Made by a program: the position numbers and the translations under genes
Part shown: positions 38,919 through 53,240 of the stretch, one piece after another
How positions within the stretch are numbered: position 1 is the first letter of the stretch
Layout of the letters: each line of letters starts with the position of its first letter
Notes under the pieces: generated by a model
The model's input: only the letters and a program-made list of their open reading frames with translations
Database searches by the model: none
What the model was told of the DNA's origin: nothing
From: Octopus vulgaris
Taxonomy: Eukaryota
Direction: 5' to 3'
Length of the DNA: 64,000 nucleotides
Assembly (NCBI GenBank): GCA_951406725.2
Contig: OX597816.1
Span: forward strand, 181,474,001-181,538,000

Positions 38919-39319
38919 GGCGCAGGAGTGGCTGTGTGGTAAGTAGCTTGCTAACCAACCACATGGTTCCGGGTTCAGTCCCACTGCATGGCATCTTGGG
39001 CAAGTGTCTTCTACTATAGCCTCGGGCCAACCAAAGCCTTGTGAGTGGATTTGGTAGACGGAAACTGAAAGAAGCCCGTCGTATATATGTATATATATAT
39101 GTATGTGTGTGTGTCTCTGTGTTTGTCCCCCTAGCATTGCTTGACAACCGATGCTGGTGTGTTTACGTCTCCGTCACCTAGCGGTTCGGCAAAAGAGACT
39201 GATAGAATAAGTACTGGGCTTACCAAGAATAAGTCCCGGGGTCGATTTGCTCGACTAAAGGCGGTGCTCCAGCATGGCCGCAGTCAAATGACTGAAACAA
39301 GTAAAAGAGTAAAAGAGTA
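38919..39319 (+). mobile_element. tRNA-derived SINE, family A, full length
   Basis: A/B boxes, internal microsatellite and (AGTAAAAG)n tail. Confidence 0.9.
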
Positions 39320-39990
39320 ATATATATATTAAGATTTCTTTTGGTAATTTCCTGCATTCTTATACAACGTCGGATGTTTTTTGCCTTTATCTTAATATTG
39401 GGCATATTGTGATATTAGGGGAGAACGAGAAAGTGGCACCAATGTCCTCTCTCGCGCAAGTCCTCTCATTTTGTATATAAAGAAAAAAAAAAAGAAAACT
39501 CTTGTGCTCCAACCCGAAGCTATGTTAAACGACTCTTGTCCAAGTTACCGCACAAATCCCTATGATTTCGGTAAAAACAAAAACCAGACGATCGAATCTT
39601 CGGCAAAGTGGCGTTGCATAATCTCTTCTACTTCTTTCTGTTTTTCTTCTTTTTATTAAATAACATTAATACCAATTCCATTCTTTTCCTATTTCATAAA
39701 CGATTGTTTGTTTCGTAGAGTACGAATCCTTATATTTTTAAAGTAGGAAAATTAAGAAGTTGTTATGCTCTCATCTTTCTCAAGGACATTCTCAATTAAT
39801 TTAAGTGAAATAGTTTTTACCAAGATTTGGTACCTGATCGTGAAATTAGATCTGTGTTACTTTTTGATTTTGACTTTCACCTCACAGACAAACAGTGTTG
39901 ACAAAAATATTTTATACAAGTTTTTCATTAGTCAATTGCCACTCCATATTTCTTGCCTGTATCATCATCATCGTCGTCATCATCATTAAA

Positions 39991-40525
39991 GCGGCGAGCT
40001 GGCAGAAACGTTAGCACGCCGGGCGAAATGCTTAGCAGTATTTCGTCTGCATTACGTTGTGAGTTCAAATTCCGCCGAGGTCGACTTTTCCTTTCATCCT
40101 TTCGGGGTCGATAAATTAAGTACCAGTTACGCACTGGGGTCGATGTAATCGACTTAATACCTATGTCTGTCCTTGTTTGTCCCCTCTGTGTTTAGCCCCT
40201 TGTGGGTAGTAAAGAAATAGGTATTTCGTCTGCCGTTACGTTCTGATTTCAAATTCCGCTGAGGTCGACTTTGCTTTTCACTTTTCGGGCTCTGTTAAAT
40301 AAGTACCAGTTACATACTGGGGTCGATGTAATCGACTCACCCCCTCCCCGAAAATTTCAGGCTTTGCGCCTATAATAGAAAGGATTATTATCATTATTAA
40401 GGCGGTGAGCTGTCAGAATCGTTAGAACGCTGGACGAAATGCTTACCGATATTTCGCTAATCGCTTCGTTCTGAGTTCAAATTCAGCCGAGGTCGACTTT
40501 GCCTTTCATCCTTTCGAGGTCGATA
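39991..40525 (+). mobile_element. Tandem cluster of family B SINE units
   Basis: Three successive TTCAAATTC(C/A)GC(C/T)GAGGTCGACTTT units. A similar dimer lies at 61180-61550, with single copies at 48138-48352, 59015-59205 and 63889-64000. Confidence 0.9.
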
Positions 40526-41589
40526 ACCAGTTGAACATTGTACATTTATTTACTGATTCACCTACCATTGCTTTCGACAAATATAGGAAAGTTTGGGTTT
40601 CGCAGATGAGGTCAAGATAAAACAGAAACATGTCTAGAATTATCTCCCTATAATTACCGAAATATTTAGAAATAATATTAGTCAACGACCAATGTTTTTT
40701 CCTCATTGCATTATTATTTTGCATGAGCTTTTTGATGTTCCCTGCGTTAAATATGTTAACATTAACCAAATTATTGACTCTCATACGCATGCTGTCTGAA
40801 GAGACAGAGCAACTCATGTGACACAACGAGGTATGATTAACGCAGTGAGAAACAAACGATTTATGAATGTATCTCTTGAATGAGGTCTTGTTCCAATAGT
40901 GGCATTTTTTAATCCTATGTCAGACCTGATCGAACAGACCTATAATCAAAATTATCCCAACCGTGACAGCCTCATATTTTCAAATGCAGGGAATCTAGAA
41001 AGACATCTTATCTGTTCATTTCTAAAGTGGTGGGATGTAATTTGAGGGCGATTTGACTGCCATTCCTACTTGGTCGAGGGACTATGTAGATCAGTGAAAG
41101 GCAATCTGCTGTCTGCATGAGGTTCTGAATGGAACACCTGACCAAAAATTACCTTCACTTTTAGTAGTGCGGCCTGCTAAGTTTCATGTATTACTCGAAA
41201 AATGCGGCCATGTCTAACGTAGATTCTCCCTCGTAAGTGCTAAGTGGATGTGAGGTGAATATCTTCCCGGATATGTAACTTTTAACATTTTTAACGATAG
41301 TTGTTTTAACAGAGACATGGTATACACCACAAACATTCATAAATTCACTTCAAATTTAATACACTGCACAAAATACGTCTATACTGTATTTGAAATTAAA
41401 ATCCTGGAGTTGAAATTCCGATACTCTGTCCAACCGATCACTTAGTGTTATGAAAAACAAACAGTCTTAGCTGTGTGGTAAGAAGCTTGCTTTCCAACCA
41501 CACGGTTCCGGGTTCAGTCCTACTGCGTGACACCTTGGGCAAATGTCTTCTATGAGTGGATCAGGTAAACGGAACTGAAATAAACCTGT

Positions 41590-41669
<80 letters not shown>

Positions 41670-43211
41670 TGTGTGTGTGTATTTGTGTGTCTGTGTATGT
41701 CACCCCAACATCGCTTGACAACCGATGCTGGTGTGTTTACGTCTCCGTAACTTAGCGGTTCGGTAAGAGACACCGATAGAATAAGTACATGGCTTACAAA
41801 AAACAAGTCCTGGGGTCAATTTGCCCGACTAAAGGCGGTGCTGCAGCATGGCCGCAGCCACATGACGGAAACAAATAAAAAAAATGAAACTAAAAATACA
41901 ATGCAATAAAGACATGCTGCTAATATTTGTTTTCTTTGCTGATCCAACGAGGGATCTTCTGAATACAGAAATGGAATTTCCCTCAAATCGAAAGCTGTTC
42001 CAGTCATTAGACTGCTGCCAAGCTGGAGCACCGCTCCGAAGGATTTTTTAGTTGAATGAATCGACCTCAGTACTTATTTTTCTTGAAGCCTCTTTGCCGA
42101 ACTGCTAAGTTACGGGGACAAACACACCAGCATCGGTTGTTAAGCGGTGTTAGTGGCAAAGCAAAGACACACGAAGATCGCTAGCCACTACACATTCGTT
42201 ATTTTCTCTCCTTGTTTCTTTCTGTGTTCCTTTCTGTGGAAGAGCGTAGGCTCCAAACGTTAAATACTTTTTCACTTCCCGAGCGTTATACTAATAGATC
42301 TGTTTGTTGTCTACACCATCTGTCTTCGTCTTTTGTGAATTCTCTTATATATATACATATATATATATGCGACGGGCTTCTTTCAGTTTCCGTCTTCCAA
42401 ATCCACTCACGAGGCTTTGGTCAGCCCGGGGCTATAATAGAAGACACTTGCCCGGGATGAAGCTGAATCCAGAATCTTGTGCATGTGAAGCAAACTTCTT
42501 AAAAAAGAAAGTGTGTGCCTGTGTGTCATGACCTACCTCACGTGTAGTATATTCGAAAGAAAGACGGGAAGGTTTCAAGACAGATCTCGCTCGATCAGGG
42601 CTCACCTGGCTACAAACTACAACAACGACAGCCAGTATCTTTCTCACACGCTCATTACAATTCTTCACCCTACGAAAACGATAGTTAAGATAAGAAGAAG
42701 AAGAAAAAAAAAAGGCATACAGTTTAGTGGATACAATTTCAACGAATGAAATGAGTCCTGCTTTTTCAGGACAAGAATAAAAGAAGCCAGTTTTTTTTTT
42801 TCATAGAAAGTTAGAATAGCATGACGGTCAACTGCGTTTAAGCATTTTTAGAATGAAAAGTAAAATGTATTTCCGTTGCTTGCTGTTTCTTTTGAACACT
42901 TTCTCTCTTCTTCTTCTTTTATTTTGTTAATTTATCTACACTTTTCCCATCGATATACACACATAAAAGAAATCTCTAAGTGACAATCTTGTCTTCTTTA
43001 TGTTACAGTATGTATGTATGGTAGAAGTCTCAGGTGAAGTGGAGGGAATAGACAAAAGAATTATCACTTTAAAACTAAGTGGTGCGAGATAAACAACAAC
43101 TGCTGCTCCTCTTACTACAACAACAAAGCTATTTAATCTTATGAATTGCGTGGTTCTCAGTCTTATAAGATACCTTGAAGGCAATACCTCAAACGGGTCT
43201 CAGAACACACA

Positions 43212-43292
<81 letters not shown>

Positions 43293-43734
43293 GTATATAT
43301 ACATATAATATGTGTGTATGTACATACATACGCATATATTTCTCTCTCTCTCTCTCTCATATATATATTGAGGAAGGTAGCTAGTAGTAAGCGAACAGGT
43401 ATTGGACATCAATAATAAGTTAATAGAGCAATGGTTATTTACAATTGTCAAACATTGTTAGTTGGGACTAATATCTCTTTCTTGGGGGTTTGACCTTAGA
43501 GACTTTAGGGCGGAGACGTGGGGATTAATTGTGGAGGGGACAGTTTGGAATTTATATTTTTTTCCTTATTCAATGTATGTCACATAATGAATATATATTT
43601 ATCCCTACAGAGACCCCCTGCTACGGTATGTATGAGAGTGACTGTATGTGTGAGTGAAGCTTTAGTCTGCCAGGTTTGAAAGAAATCTACATATTAAATA
43701 TAAAGCAAAATTTTCAAGGTGCAAGCATGCAGGC

Positions 43735-43768
<34 letters not shown>

Positions 43769-43770
<2 letters not shown>

Positions 43771-43988
43771 GAGGCGCAATGGCCCAGTGGTTAAGGCAGC
43801 GGACTCGCGGTCGTAGGATCGCGGTTTCGATTCCCAGACCGGGCGTTGTGAGTGTTTATTGTGCGAAAACACCTAAAGCTTCACGAGGCTCCGGCAGGGG
43901 GTAGTGATCCCTGCTGTACTCTTTCACCACTCTTTCTCCGTCTCTGCTTCTGTTGGTTAAAACAATGCGAACGCATTGTGACCAGCGA
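43769..43988 (+). mobile_element. tRNA-derived SINE, family C
   Basis: TGGCCCAGTGG A box and GTTTCGATTCC B box. Reverse copies at 50527-50830 and 21190-21382. Confidence 0.85.
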
Positions 43989-44063
43989 TATATATATATG
44001 TATGTATACGTATATATATATATATATATATATATATGCATATATGTATATATGTATATATAG

Positions 44064-44430
44064 GTGAAGGCGCATGGCTCAGTGTGTGAAGGCGCATGGC
44101 TCAGTGGTTAGAGCGTCGAGCTTAAGATCGTGAGGTTGTGAGCTCGAATCCCGGACCGGGCTGCGTGTTGTGTTCTTGAGCAAGGCACTTTATTTCACGT
44201 TGCTCCAGTTCACTCAGCTGTAGAAATGAGTTGCGACGTCACAGGTGCCAAGCTGTATCGACCTTTGTCTTTCCCTTGGACAACACTGGTGGCGTGGAGA
44301 GGGGAGGCTGGTATGCATGGGCGACTGCTGGTCTTCCATAAACAACCTTGCCCGGACTTGTGTCTAGGAGGGTAACTTTCTAGGTGCAATCCCATGGTCA
44401 TTCATGACCGAAGGGGGTCTTTACCCTTTT
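44064..44430 (+). mobile_element. tRNA-derived SINE, family D, full length with duplicated head
   Basis: GTGAAGGCGCATGGCTCAGTG occurs twice, followed by a tRNA-like body, a GTGTTCTTGAGCAAG core and a (CCCTTTA)-like tail. Confidence 0.85.
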
Positions 44431-44512
44431 ACACTTTATATATATGTATATAGGTATATATATGCATATGTATATATATGTATATATATATATATATATA
44501 TATGCATATATG

Positions 44513-44545
<33 letters not shown>

Positions 44546-44546
<1 letters not shown>

Positions 44547-47500
44547 ACTTAGAATAACTTAGAAAGTGTTTGGCCAGTATTGGCCCAGGCCATGTCTAAC
44601 TTAATAGCACCACCAAGCGAAGTCTTTTAATTCAGTATTTGGGCACCAAGGCCCATTCAAGCAGAGAGTTATTGTTTGCGGAGACATATCCGGGTGTGGG
44701 TGGTTTGTCCGGTACTGTTTGAAGGAATTTGTCTAAAGACATCTTGAATTTTGTGTGGTCAGTTTCTGTTTTGACGTGTCCTGGTGTAATGTTGAAGAGA
44801 GCGGGTCCAATTGAGATGAAATAATTGTGCCGTATTGTTGTTATGAGATTTAGATTTTTGTTGTGGACGGATGGCACGTGGTCCAAGCCTTGGATGTATT
44901 TTGAAGGTGATGCCAACATCATTTGGACAGTGGTGATGGAATATTTTCCACATCATACAGATAATGTAGCGTTCACGGCGTCGTTGGAGTGAATACAGTT
45001 TCAGCTTTTCTAGTCGACCCCAGTAGTCGAGGTCTGACATGCCATCTATCATTTTTGTGATTGACCTTTGGGGAGCTTCAACTTTCATAATATTCCGTTT
45101 CGTGTAGGGAGACCACAATGGGCAGCAGTATTCAAGGTGGGGTCGGGCAAAAGTGGAGAAGAGAAGGATAACAGTGTGGGAATCTCTCGACTGGAAGGTT
45201 CTGAGAATCCAGGAACACATTCTGCGGGCCATGTCAACTTTGCTGCATATATGTGTAGCCCAGCTTATGTTGTTGTCCACGGTTACTCCCAAGTCTCTGA
45301 TGTTGTTGGACGCCATGAGAATTTCTCCAGAAGGAAGGGAGTATGGGAGTTTCAGAGCGTCCTCCCTTCCAAAGTGGATCAGTTCGAATTTGTCTTCGTT
45401 TAACAACGTGTTGTTCTTTTCCGCCCATTGGACAACAGCCAGTAGGTCTGACTGAAGGCTTATCCGATCATCCACGCCATTGATGACCTTCTGGAGCTTG
45501 GAATCATCAGTGAAGATTCTGATGTTACTGTGTTTGATCAAGTCAGTAATGTCATTAATGTAGATGATGAAGAGAAGTGGGCCCAACACAGTGCCTGGTG
45601 GGACACCACTACTGACTTTGGCTGGGCTGGATTTGACTCCTTCGACTTCAACATGTTGGGTTCTGTTAGACAGGAAGCACTTGATCTACTGCAGCAGCTT
45701 TCCAGTTACACCAATATTGGACAGCTTTCTCAGAAGGGATCAACCCTGTCAAAGGCCTTGCTGAAATCAAGGTAGATAACATCAGTGTTGGAACCCTCTC
45801 CCAAGACTCTCAAAATGTCATCAATATGATGCAGTAGCTGCGTCAGGCAATCCCTTCCATTACGGAATCCATGCTGGTTGGAGTTCAGCATATTATGACT
45901 CTCAAGGAAGTGAGTCATTCGCGATCTCACCACTCTCTCAAATACCTTAATGATATGAGAGGTGAGTGAGATTGGGCGGTAATTCACGGCAAGCGATTTG
46001 TTTCCTTTTTTGAAAACTGGGACAACAGACAGGGATAGAAGGTCTTCTGGTATATATCCAGCATCCAGTGAGTTCTGCCACAGATTGGCTAGAGGGGGTA
46101 CAAGTTGGTGTTGATACATCTTCAAGACACAAGCAGGGAACCTATCGGGACCTACTGCTGAATTATGCTTGATTCCTTTATTGCTGCTAAGACATCAGGG
46201 GCACTAAAGGTTATGTCCGATAAAGTATATTAAAGAGTAACATCACAGATACAGCCCAGATCAGTCATATCAGGATTGCTGAAAACAGAACAGTATTGTT
46301 TCTGCAGCATCTCTCTCATGGCTTTGGCATTGTCTTGAAGAGTACCATTTTCAACAATCAGAGGGCCAACAGCAGAACCAGTGACTCTGTGTTTTTTTGC
46401 AAATGAAAAGAACACTTTGGGGTTGAGTTTGATCTTCTCAATGGCCCTGGCCACTTCAGCTCTTCTCTGACTATTGATGATAGACATCATGTTGTTTTGG
46501 AGGTTATGTTTTTTAATCTCTAGTGACGTGATGGCAGTCAGGTTGGTGTGTTGCTGTTGACAGTATTTCAGCTTGTTGATTTTTTTGTTAGTTCTTTTAA
46601 TTTTCCTGATGAGAGTTTTTCTATTTCTAGGGATTCTGCACTTAGATTTGTTTGCAGATCTTAATGGGGGGTGTTTTGCACATATGTTCGTAATGGTGTC
46701 TACAAATGACTGCCAGGTCTTTCTGATGTTAGTGGGTGTGTATGTGTGCATGAAGGACCAATTGACTTGTGCAAGATCATTCCTGATCGCTTCCCAGTTT
46801 GCGTTGTGGAAATCCATAGTGTCAAATGGATGGACAGGAAGGATGACGTTTGTTTTGCATTTTGGCCGGTGAAATCTCAGATCACAGAGAACCATGTCAT
46901 GATCAGAGAGTAGAGTTTTCTCCACTGCAATATGGTGGATAGTGTCAGTATGATTGTTGAAAATTAAGTCTAGGACGTTTTTGTGACATCTCGTTGGTTC
47001 GAGCACCAGTTGGGACAGGAAGAAATCATCCATGAAGTCAAGATGCGATCCCACTGCCTCCCTGTCAGGGGTTGAGAGAGAAGAACCTGGCGGCAGGCTG
47101 TTTGTAGACCAGTCAACCCCGGGAAGGTTGAAGTCTCCCATCATTAAAATGTTGTCAGGTTGACACTGCTGAATAAAACATTTTATGCTGTTGAGGCATT
47201 CCTTGAAGCATGGTAGGGGCGTTTGGGGTGGTCTGTAGACCCCAACTACTATTAGGTTGTTGGTTTGACTGAATACAGCGACTGTTTCGCAGTATCCATT
47301 GGAAAATATGTTTATAGCTTCTGTTGAGAATGAATCATGAACATAAATGGCAGTCCCACCCTTTCTTCTGCCAGCACGATCAGCACGAATGGTTTTGAAA
47401 TTTTTAACTTTCACCTCGGCTTCCAAGTGGAGGTTACTAAGATGGGTTTCAGTGAGGACGAAGAAAGGGATGCGGTTTGGATGGGCATCGACCCAGTCCT

Positions 47501-47792
47501 CCAGGATTTTTATCTTCCATTTTTGAGTATTGCTGGGCATTAAGCAAAAATGTTGAGGCAAGAGTGGATGGTTTTAATTGTTTTGGTGTTTTGTTTACTT
47601 GTGTGCTTTTTAATGGCATGTGCAGTGGGGTGATAGTGGTGGATGGTGGTGGGTGATAGCTCGGATGTTTTTTCCAGTTCTTTTGCTAGATTCATTATAG
47701 CTAAAAAAGAGGAAGAAGTTTCCTGTCTAGGGAACTATAGGTGACTGTGGTTGTGGTTATTTCTATATGAGTGGTTATTTCTGTATGAATCA

Positions 47793-47795
<3 letters not shown>
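44546..47795 (-). mobile_element. CR1-group LINE, nearly full ORF2 (APE endonuclease plus RT), frameshifted
   Basis: ORF pieces 46230-47561 (LTETHL, GGTAIYV, VYRPP, GDFNLP, LDLIF, SDH), 45730-46125 (NYRPISLTS, QHGFR, YLDFSKAFD), 44759-45589 (LGPLLF, FTDD, HLEYC) and 44632-44922. 3' tail (TTCTAAGTTA)2. Flanked by TA-rich microsatellite. Confidence 0.95.
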
Positions 47796-47861
<66 letters not shown>

Positions 47862-48411
47862 AGGTACATATGTATATATGTATATATATGTATACATATG
47901 TATATATGTATATATGTATATATATGTATATATATATGTATATGAGTCACATATGTATATATATGTATATATATATATATATATGCATATATATGTATAT
48001 GTATATATATGTATACATATATGTATATATATATAGGTATATATATGTATATAGATGTACGTATATATGTATATATACATATACACATACACACACACAC
48101 ATACACATATATATATGTATATATATATATGTGTGTGTAGAATCGTTAGCACGCCGGGCGAAATGCTTTGCGGTATTTCGTCCGCCGCTGCGTTCTGAGT
48201 TCAAATTCCGCCGAGGTCGACTTTGCCTTTCATCCTTTCGGGGTCGATAGATTAAGCATCAGTTGCGCACTGGGGTCGATGTAATCGACTTAATACCTAT
48301 GTCTGTCCTTGTTTGTCCCCTCTATGTTTAGCCCCTTGTGGGTAGTAAAGAAATATATATGTGTGTGTACATATATGTATATATGTATATATATATATGT
48401 CTATATATGTA

Positions 48412-48455
<44 letters not shown>

Positions 48456-48586
48456 ATACAGGTGGGCTGAGGACAACAACATGCAGTTTAACGCAGGTAA
48501 GTTCCAGGCCCTGCCCTACTGGCACACAAAGGTAAACGATATGCAGACTGGATACACTGGCCCGGGAAGAATTGCAATCCCCATGG

Positions 48587-49807
48587 TCTACAGGGTAGAC
48601 CATAATATCCTACTCTCAAAATTGGCAAATGTTGGAATCCATGGAAAAGTTCTACACTGGATTAAGTATTTCCTGGCGAATAGAACACAACATGTAGTTG
48701 ATGGAGTCCACTCAAGCCCAGCAAAAGTCACCAGCGGTGTCCCCCAGGGGACTGTCTTGGGTCCGCTACTCTTCATAATTTACATAAACGACCTTTCCAG
48801 TGTCGTACATTACTGCAAAGTGAAAATATTTGCTGATGACACTAAGCTCCAACAAATCGTCAATGAAGAAGCAGACCGAACTCAACTCCAGTCTGATCTA
48901 TATGCTGTGAGTCAATGGGCAGACAGAAACAAAATGCAACTGAACGAGGGAAAATTTGAGCTGATGCATTTTGGAAGAAATTCCTCACTAAAACAGCCAT
49001 ACTCTCTTCCTTCAGGGGAACCGCTCACAGCCTCTAACAATATCAGAGACCTGGGAGTAATTGTTGATGACGATCTCAGTTGGAGTGCACACATCAACAA
49101 GAAGGTCGATATAGCTCGTAGGATGAGTTCCTGGATCTTAAGAACTTTCCGGTCCAGAGAACAAGGTGTCATCATACCACTTTTCTCCTCCTTTGTACAG
49201 CCACACCTCGAATACTGCTGCCCACTGTGGTCTCCCCATACAAGACAAAACATATCGAGGATTGAATCACCCCAGAGAGCACTCACTAAACAAATTGAAG
49301 GCATGGCTGCTCTCGATTATTGGGATCGCCTTAAAGCCTTGAAACTCTACTCTCTCCAGCGTCGCCGTGAGCGGTACATCATTTGTACGATGTGGAGAAT
49401 ATACCGCCAACTTTGCCCAAACGACCTGAACATTAGCTTCAAGGTTCATCCAAGACTGGGACCACGGGCCATACGTCCCCTACCCAATTCAAGATCACAG
49501 CATACATGTACACTGCAACATAATTTCTTTTCCTCAACAGGCCCTGCCCTATTTAACATTGTCCCGAAAGAGATCAAAGAGAAAGAGGATCCCATCAACT
49601 TTAAACGGAGTCTGGATAGATTCCTTCAAGGAATACCAGATAAGCCACCCATAATTGGATACAACTCACCCAACAAGAACTCACTACTTGAATGGACCAT
49701 AAACAAAACTTGACTTAAACAGGATTCAAATAATCCTATCAGGTGGTGCTATTAAGTTAGACATGGCCTGGACCAATCTTTGGTCGAAACATATCTAAGT
49801 TTATCTA

Positions 49808-49812
<5 letters not shown>
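48587..49812 (+). mobile_element. 5'-truncated CR1-group LINE with an open RT C-terminal frame (stop at 49713)
   Basis: GVPQGTVLGPLLF, IFADD, PHLEYC, LYSLQRRRER. 3' tail (TATCTAAGTT)2 runs into (TA)n. Confidence 0.95.
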
Positions 49813-49863
<51 letters not shown>

Positions 49864-50292
49864 TATATATATATAAATTTAATAAATAAATATATATATA
49901 TATGTAAATATATATATAAATAGATAAATAAATATATATGTATATAAATATATATATATAAATGAATAAATATATATATATATATGTATATAAATATATT
50001 TATAAATAAATATTTATATATAAATGTATAAATATATATAAATAAATATATATATATATATATAATATATATATATGAATATATATAAAAATATATATAA
50101 ATAAATAAATATATATAAATATATATATAATTTCAGTAAAACAATTAAGATTCAAGTGAGTTCCAATGAATTCACATGAATGTGGTACCTAACTTAGATG
50201 CACCAGATATCTTTATGGTATTAACCATAAAATAATGTGGGGTGATTATAAACAAGAAAAAAGCAACAAGATACATATTTAAATATATATAA

Positions 50293-50362
<70 letters not shown>

Positions 50363-50443
50363 TATAAGATAACAAAAGAAAGAAAGAGACCTCATATATG
50401 TAAATATATCTATACAATATGTTACATTACTCGGTAGTCAAGA

Positions 50444-50524
<81 letters not shown>

Positions 50525-50826
50525 CACGTGATCACGTAACCGACCAGACCATCAGATGTTGCTACACATCGCTGGTCACAATGCGCTTCGCATTGTTTTA
50601 GCCTTCAATGGCGCCACCCCGCTGGCTAAGCGAGCAGGCCAACAGAAGAAAGAGTGAGAGAAAGTTGTGGCGAAAGAGTACAGCAGGGATCACCACCACC
50701 CCCTGCCGGAGCCTTGTAGAGCTTTAGGTGTTTTCGCTCAATAAACACTCACAACGCCCGGTCTGGGAATCGAAACCGCGATCCTATGACCACGAGTCCG
50801 CTGCCCTAACCACTGGGCCATTGCGC

Positions 50827-50872
<46 letters not shown>

Positions 50873-51140
50873 GTGTGTGTGTGTGTATATATATATATTT
50901 TAATTTAGAGATAGATCCCTACATCTCACCAAATAAAAATAATTTTCAGCAAAATTTCAAAAAAAGTTCAGCAAAATTAAGATTCAAATGAAAATGGTAC
51001 TTAAGTTAGATGCACCAGAATTCTGTATGGTGTTATCCATATAAATCCATGGGGTGATTATAAACAAAGTAAGCAACAAGAATATCCTCGATAATTTGGT
51101 ACGATCGTTTCACGCTACATCATTTTATTAAACATTGTAA

Positions 51141-51200
<60 letters not shown>

Positions 51201-51339
51201 TAAATTCAACTTACCTTGAAAGTCACACGCAGTGGCATACGGACAGGTACTCTAAAATACCTCTATACCTCTATACCTCTATACCTAAAATACCTAAAAT
51301 ACCTCTATCAGCATCGCCCTCAATCGAGAACATTAACAA

Positions 51340-53240
51340 CCTTAGAATCAAAGAAGCAACAACTGTAGGACTGTATGAGAACCCTCATAAACTACCAAAG
51401 AGCTGCAGAAGAAGTCTGTGCCATTAAAAACATAAAGATTAATCCTAATGTCTTTTACTCCTTTGCAAAATCCCATAGGACCATTTTTTCCTTTATCGAC
51501 CCACTGGTTGGTGGAAACGGCATCCTTCATAGTGATGCCAAAGACATGGCTGAGGTCAATACAGCTCTGTTTTCAGTGACCCTGATTCAGTTGACTCAAG
51601 CAGATTTGTTTCTTTGAATCCTCAGCGTGTCCTTTCCGACATAACCTTCGACGCCACTGATATCCTAGTAGCAATAAAAGAAATCAAACCTGATTCAGCA
51701 GTGGGTCCGGACAGGTTCCCTGTTAGAGTGCTGAAGAAATGCAGACAGCAACTTGCAGCACCTCTTGCAAATCTCTGGAGGAAGCCACTGGATGCCGGTT
51801 TTATCCCTCAAAACCTTCTCTTCTCCCATCTTTACAAAGGGTAATAAATCGCTCTCCGTAAACTACCGTCCAATCTCAACTCACATATCATCAAAGTATT
51901 TGAGAGAGTGTTGAGATCAAGAATAACAGCCTTCCTCGAACAAAACTCTCTCCTAAATTGCAACCAGCGTGGCTGACGTGGTGGTTGCGACTGTGTAACA
52001 CAGTTCCTCCACCACTTTGATGACATCTTAAGTGCACTAAGTGAGGGCTCCAACGCGGATGTCATATATCTTGATTTCAGCAAGGCCTTTTAACAGAGTC
52101 GACCACAATATACTGTTAAAGAAACTATCCAACGCTGGAGTCGGTGGAAAGCCACTTCAATGGATTAGGTATTTCCTAACAAACAGGACCCAGCATATTG
52201 TGGTTGATGGCATCTACTCAAGACCAGCAAAAGTCATCAGTGGAGTCCCGCATGGTACTGTGCTGGGTCTACTTCTTTTTATTCTCTATATCAATGACAT
52301 TGCAGATTCCATTGAACATAGCACCATTAAAATTTTTGCAGATGACTCTAAGCTCCAGAAAGTCATTAAGGGAGCAGATGATCGAACAATGCTTCAATCG
52401 GATCTATGTGGGCACAAAAAAAAAAAACAAACATTATGCAGTTGAACCAGGAAAAATTTGAGCTCATCCGTTTTGGAAAAGAGGGCACACTCAAACAACC
52501 ATACACACTACTGTCAGGAGACCTGCATGAACCGTCGGATAATATCAGGGACTTAGGTGTAACTGTCGACAGCAACTTTAGCTGGAGTGTGCACATCAAC
52601 AAAAAAGTCAGTGTTGCCCGCAGAATGTGTTCATGGATCCTCAGAACTTTTCAATCTAGGGATCATGAAACCATCATCATTCTCTTCTCCACATTCGCTG
52701 CCCATTGTGGCCCCCCTGCAAAAAACAAGATACAATGAGGATCGAAACGCCACAAAGATCAATCACAAAAAATAAATGGCATGATGGGACTTGATTATTG
52801 GGCTCGACTTAAACAGTTGAAGCTCGATTCTCTGCAACGCCGCCGTAAGCGATATTTTATTTGCACTATGTGGAAAATATTCCAACAATATTATCCAAAT
52901 GATATCGGTATTATGTTTACAATTCACCCAAGACTAGGCCCCTGTGCTATGCGTTCCCTACAAAGGTTGAGGTCCCAATCACATAACAATGCGATACAAT
53001 TTCTTCACAGCAAATGGTCCTGCACTTTTCAATGTTATCCCGAAAGAAATTAAAATAGAAAAAGACACCACAATTTTCAAACGGTACCTGGACAAATTCC
53101 TTCAGAAAGTACTGGATAAACCACCTACACCTGCATACGTCTCAACCAACAACTCTGTTTGAGTGGTCCATGGTGTCCTGAAATAATTAACTAAAAGACT
53201 ACTGAGTTAGTTATGGCCTGAGCCGATAATGGCCGGATTT
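51340..53240 (+). pseudogene. Decayed CR1-group LINE ORF2
   Basis: Frameshifted pieces: GPDRFP, GVPHGTVLG, IFADD, LQRRRKR. Paralogous to the two LINEs above. Confidence 0.9.

Noticed and set aside
40506-40826. 106-aa minus-strand ORF
   Set aside because: AT-rich, ends inside a SINE, and has no motif or clear splice signals.
43153-43206. Possible heavily decayed U3-A8 hammerhead
   Set aside because: Needs five or more corrections to fit, which is too many to support.
43769-43845. tRNA-like sequences here and at 44088-44160
   Set aside because: These are heads of multicopy SINEs that continue into SINE bodies, with imperfect cloverleaves; not tRNA genes.
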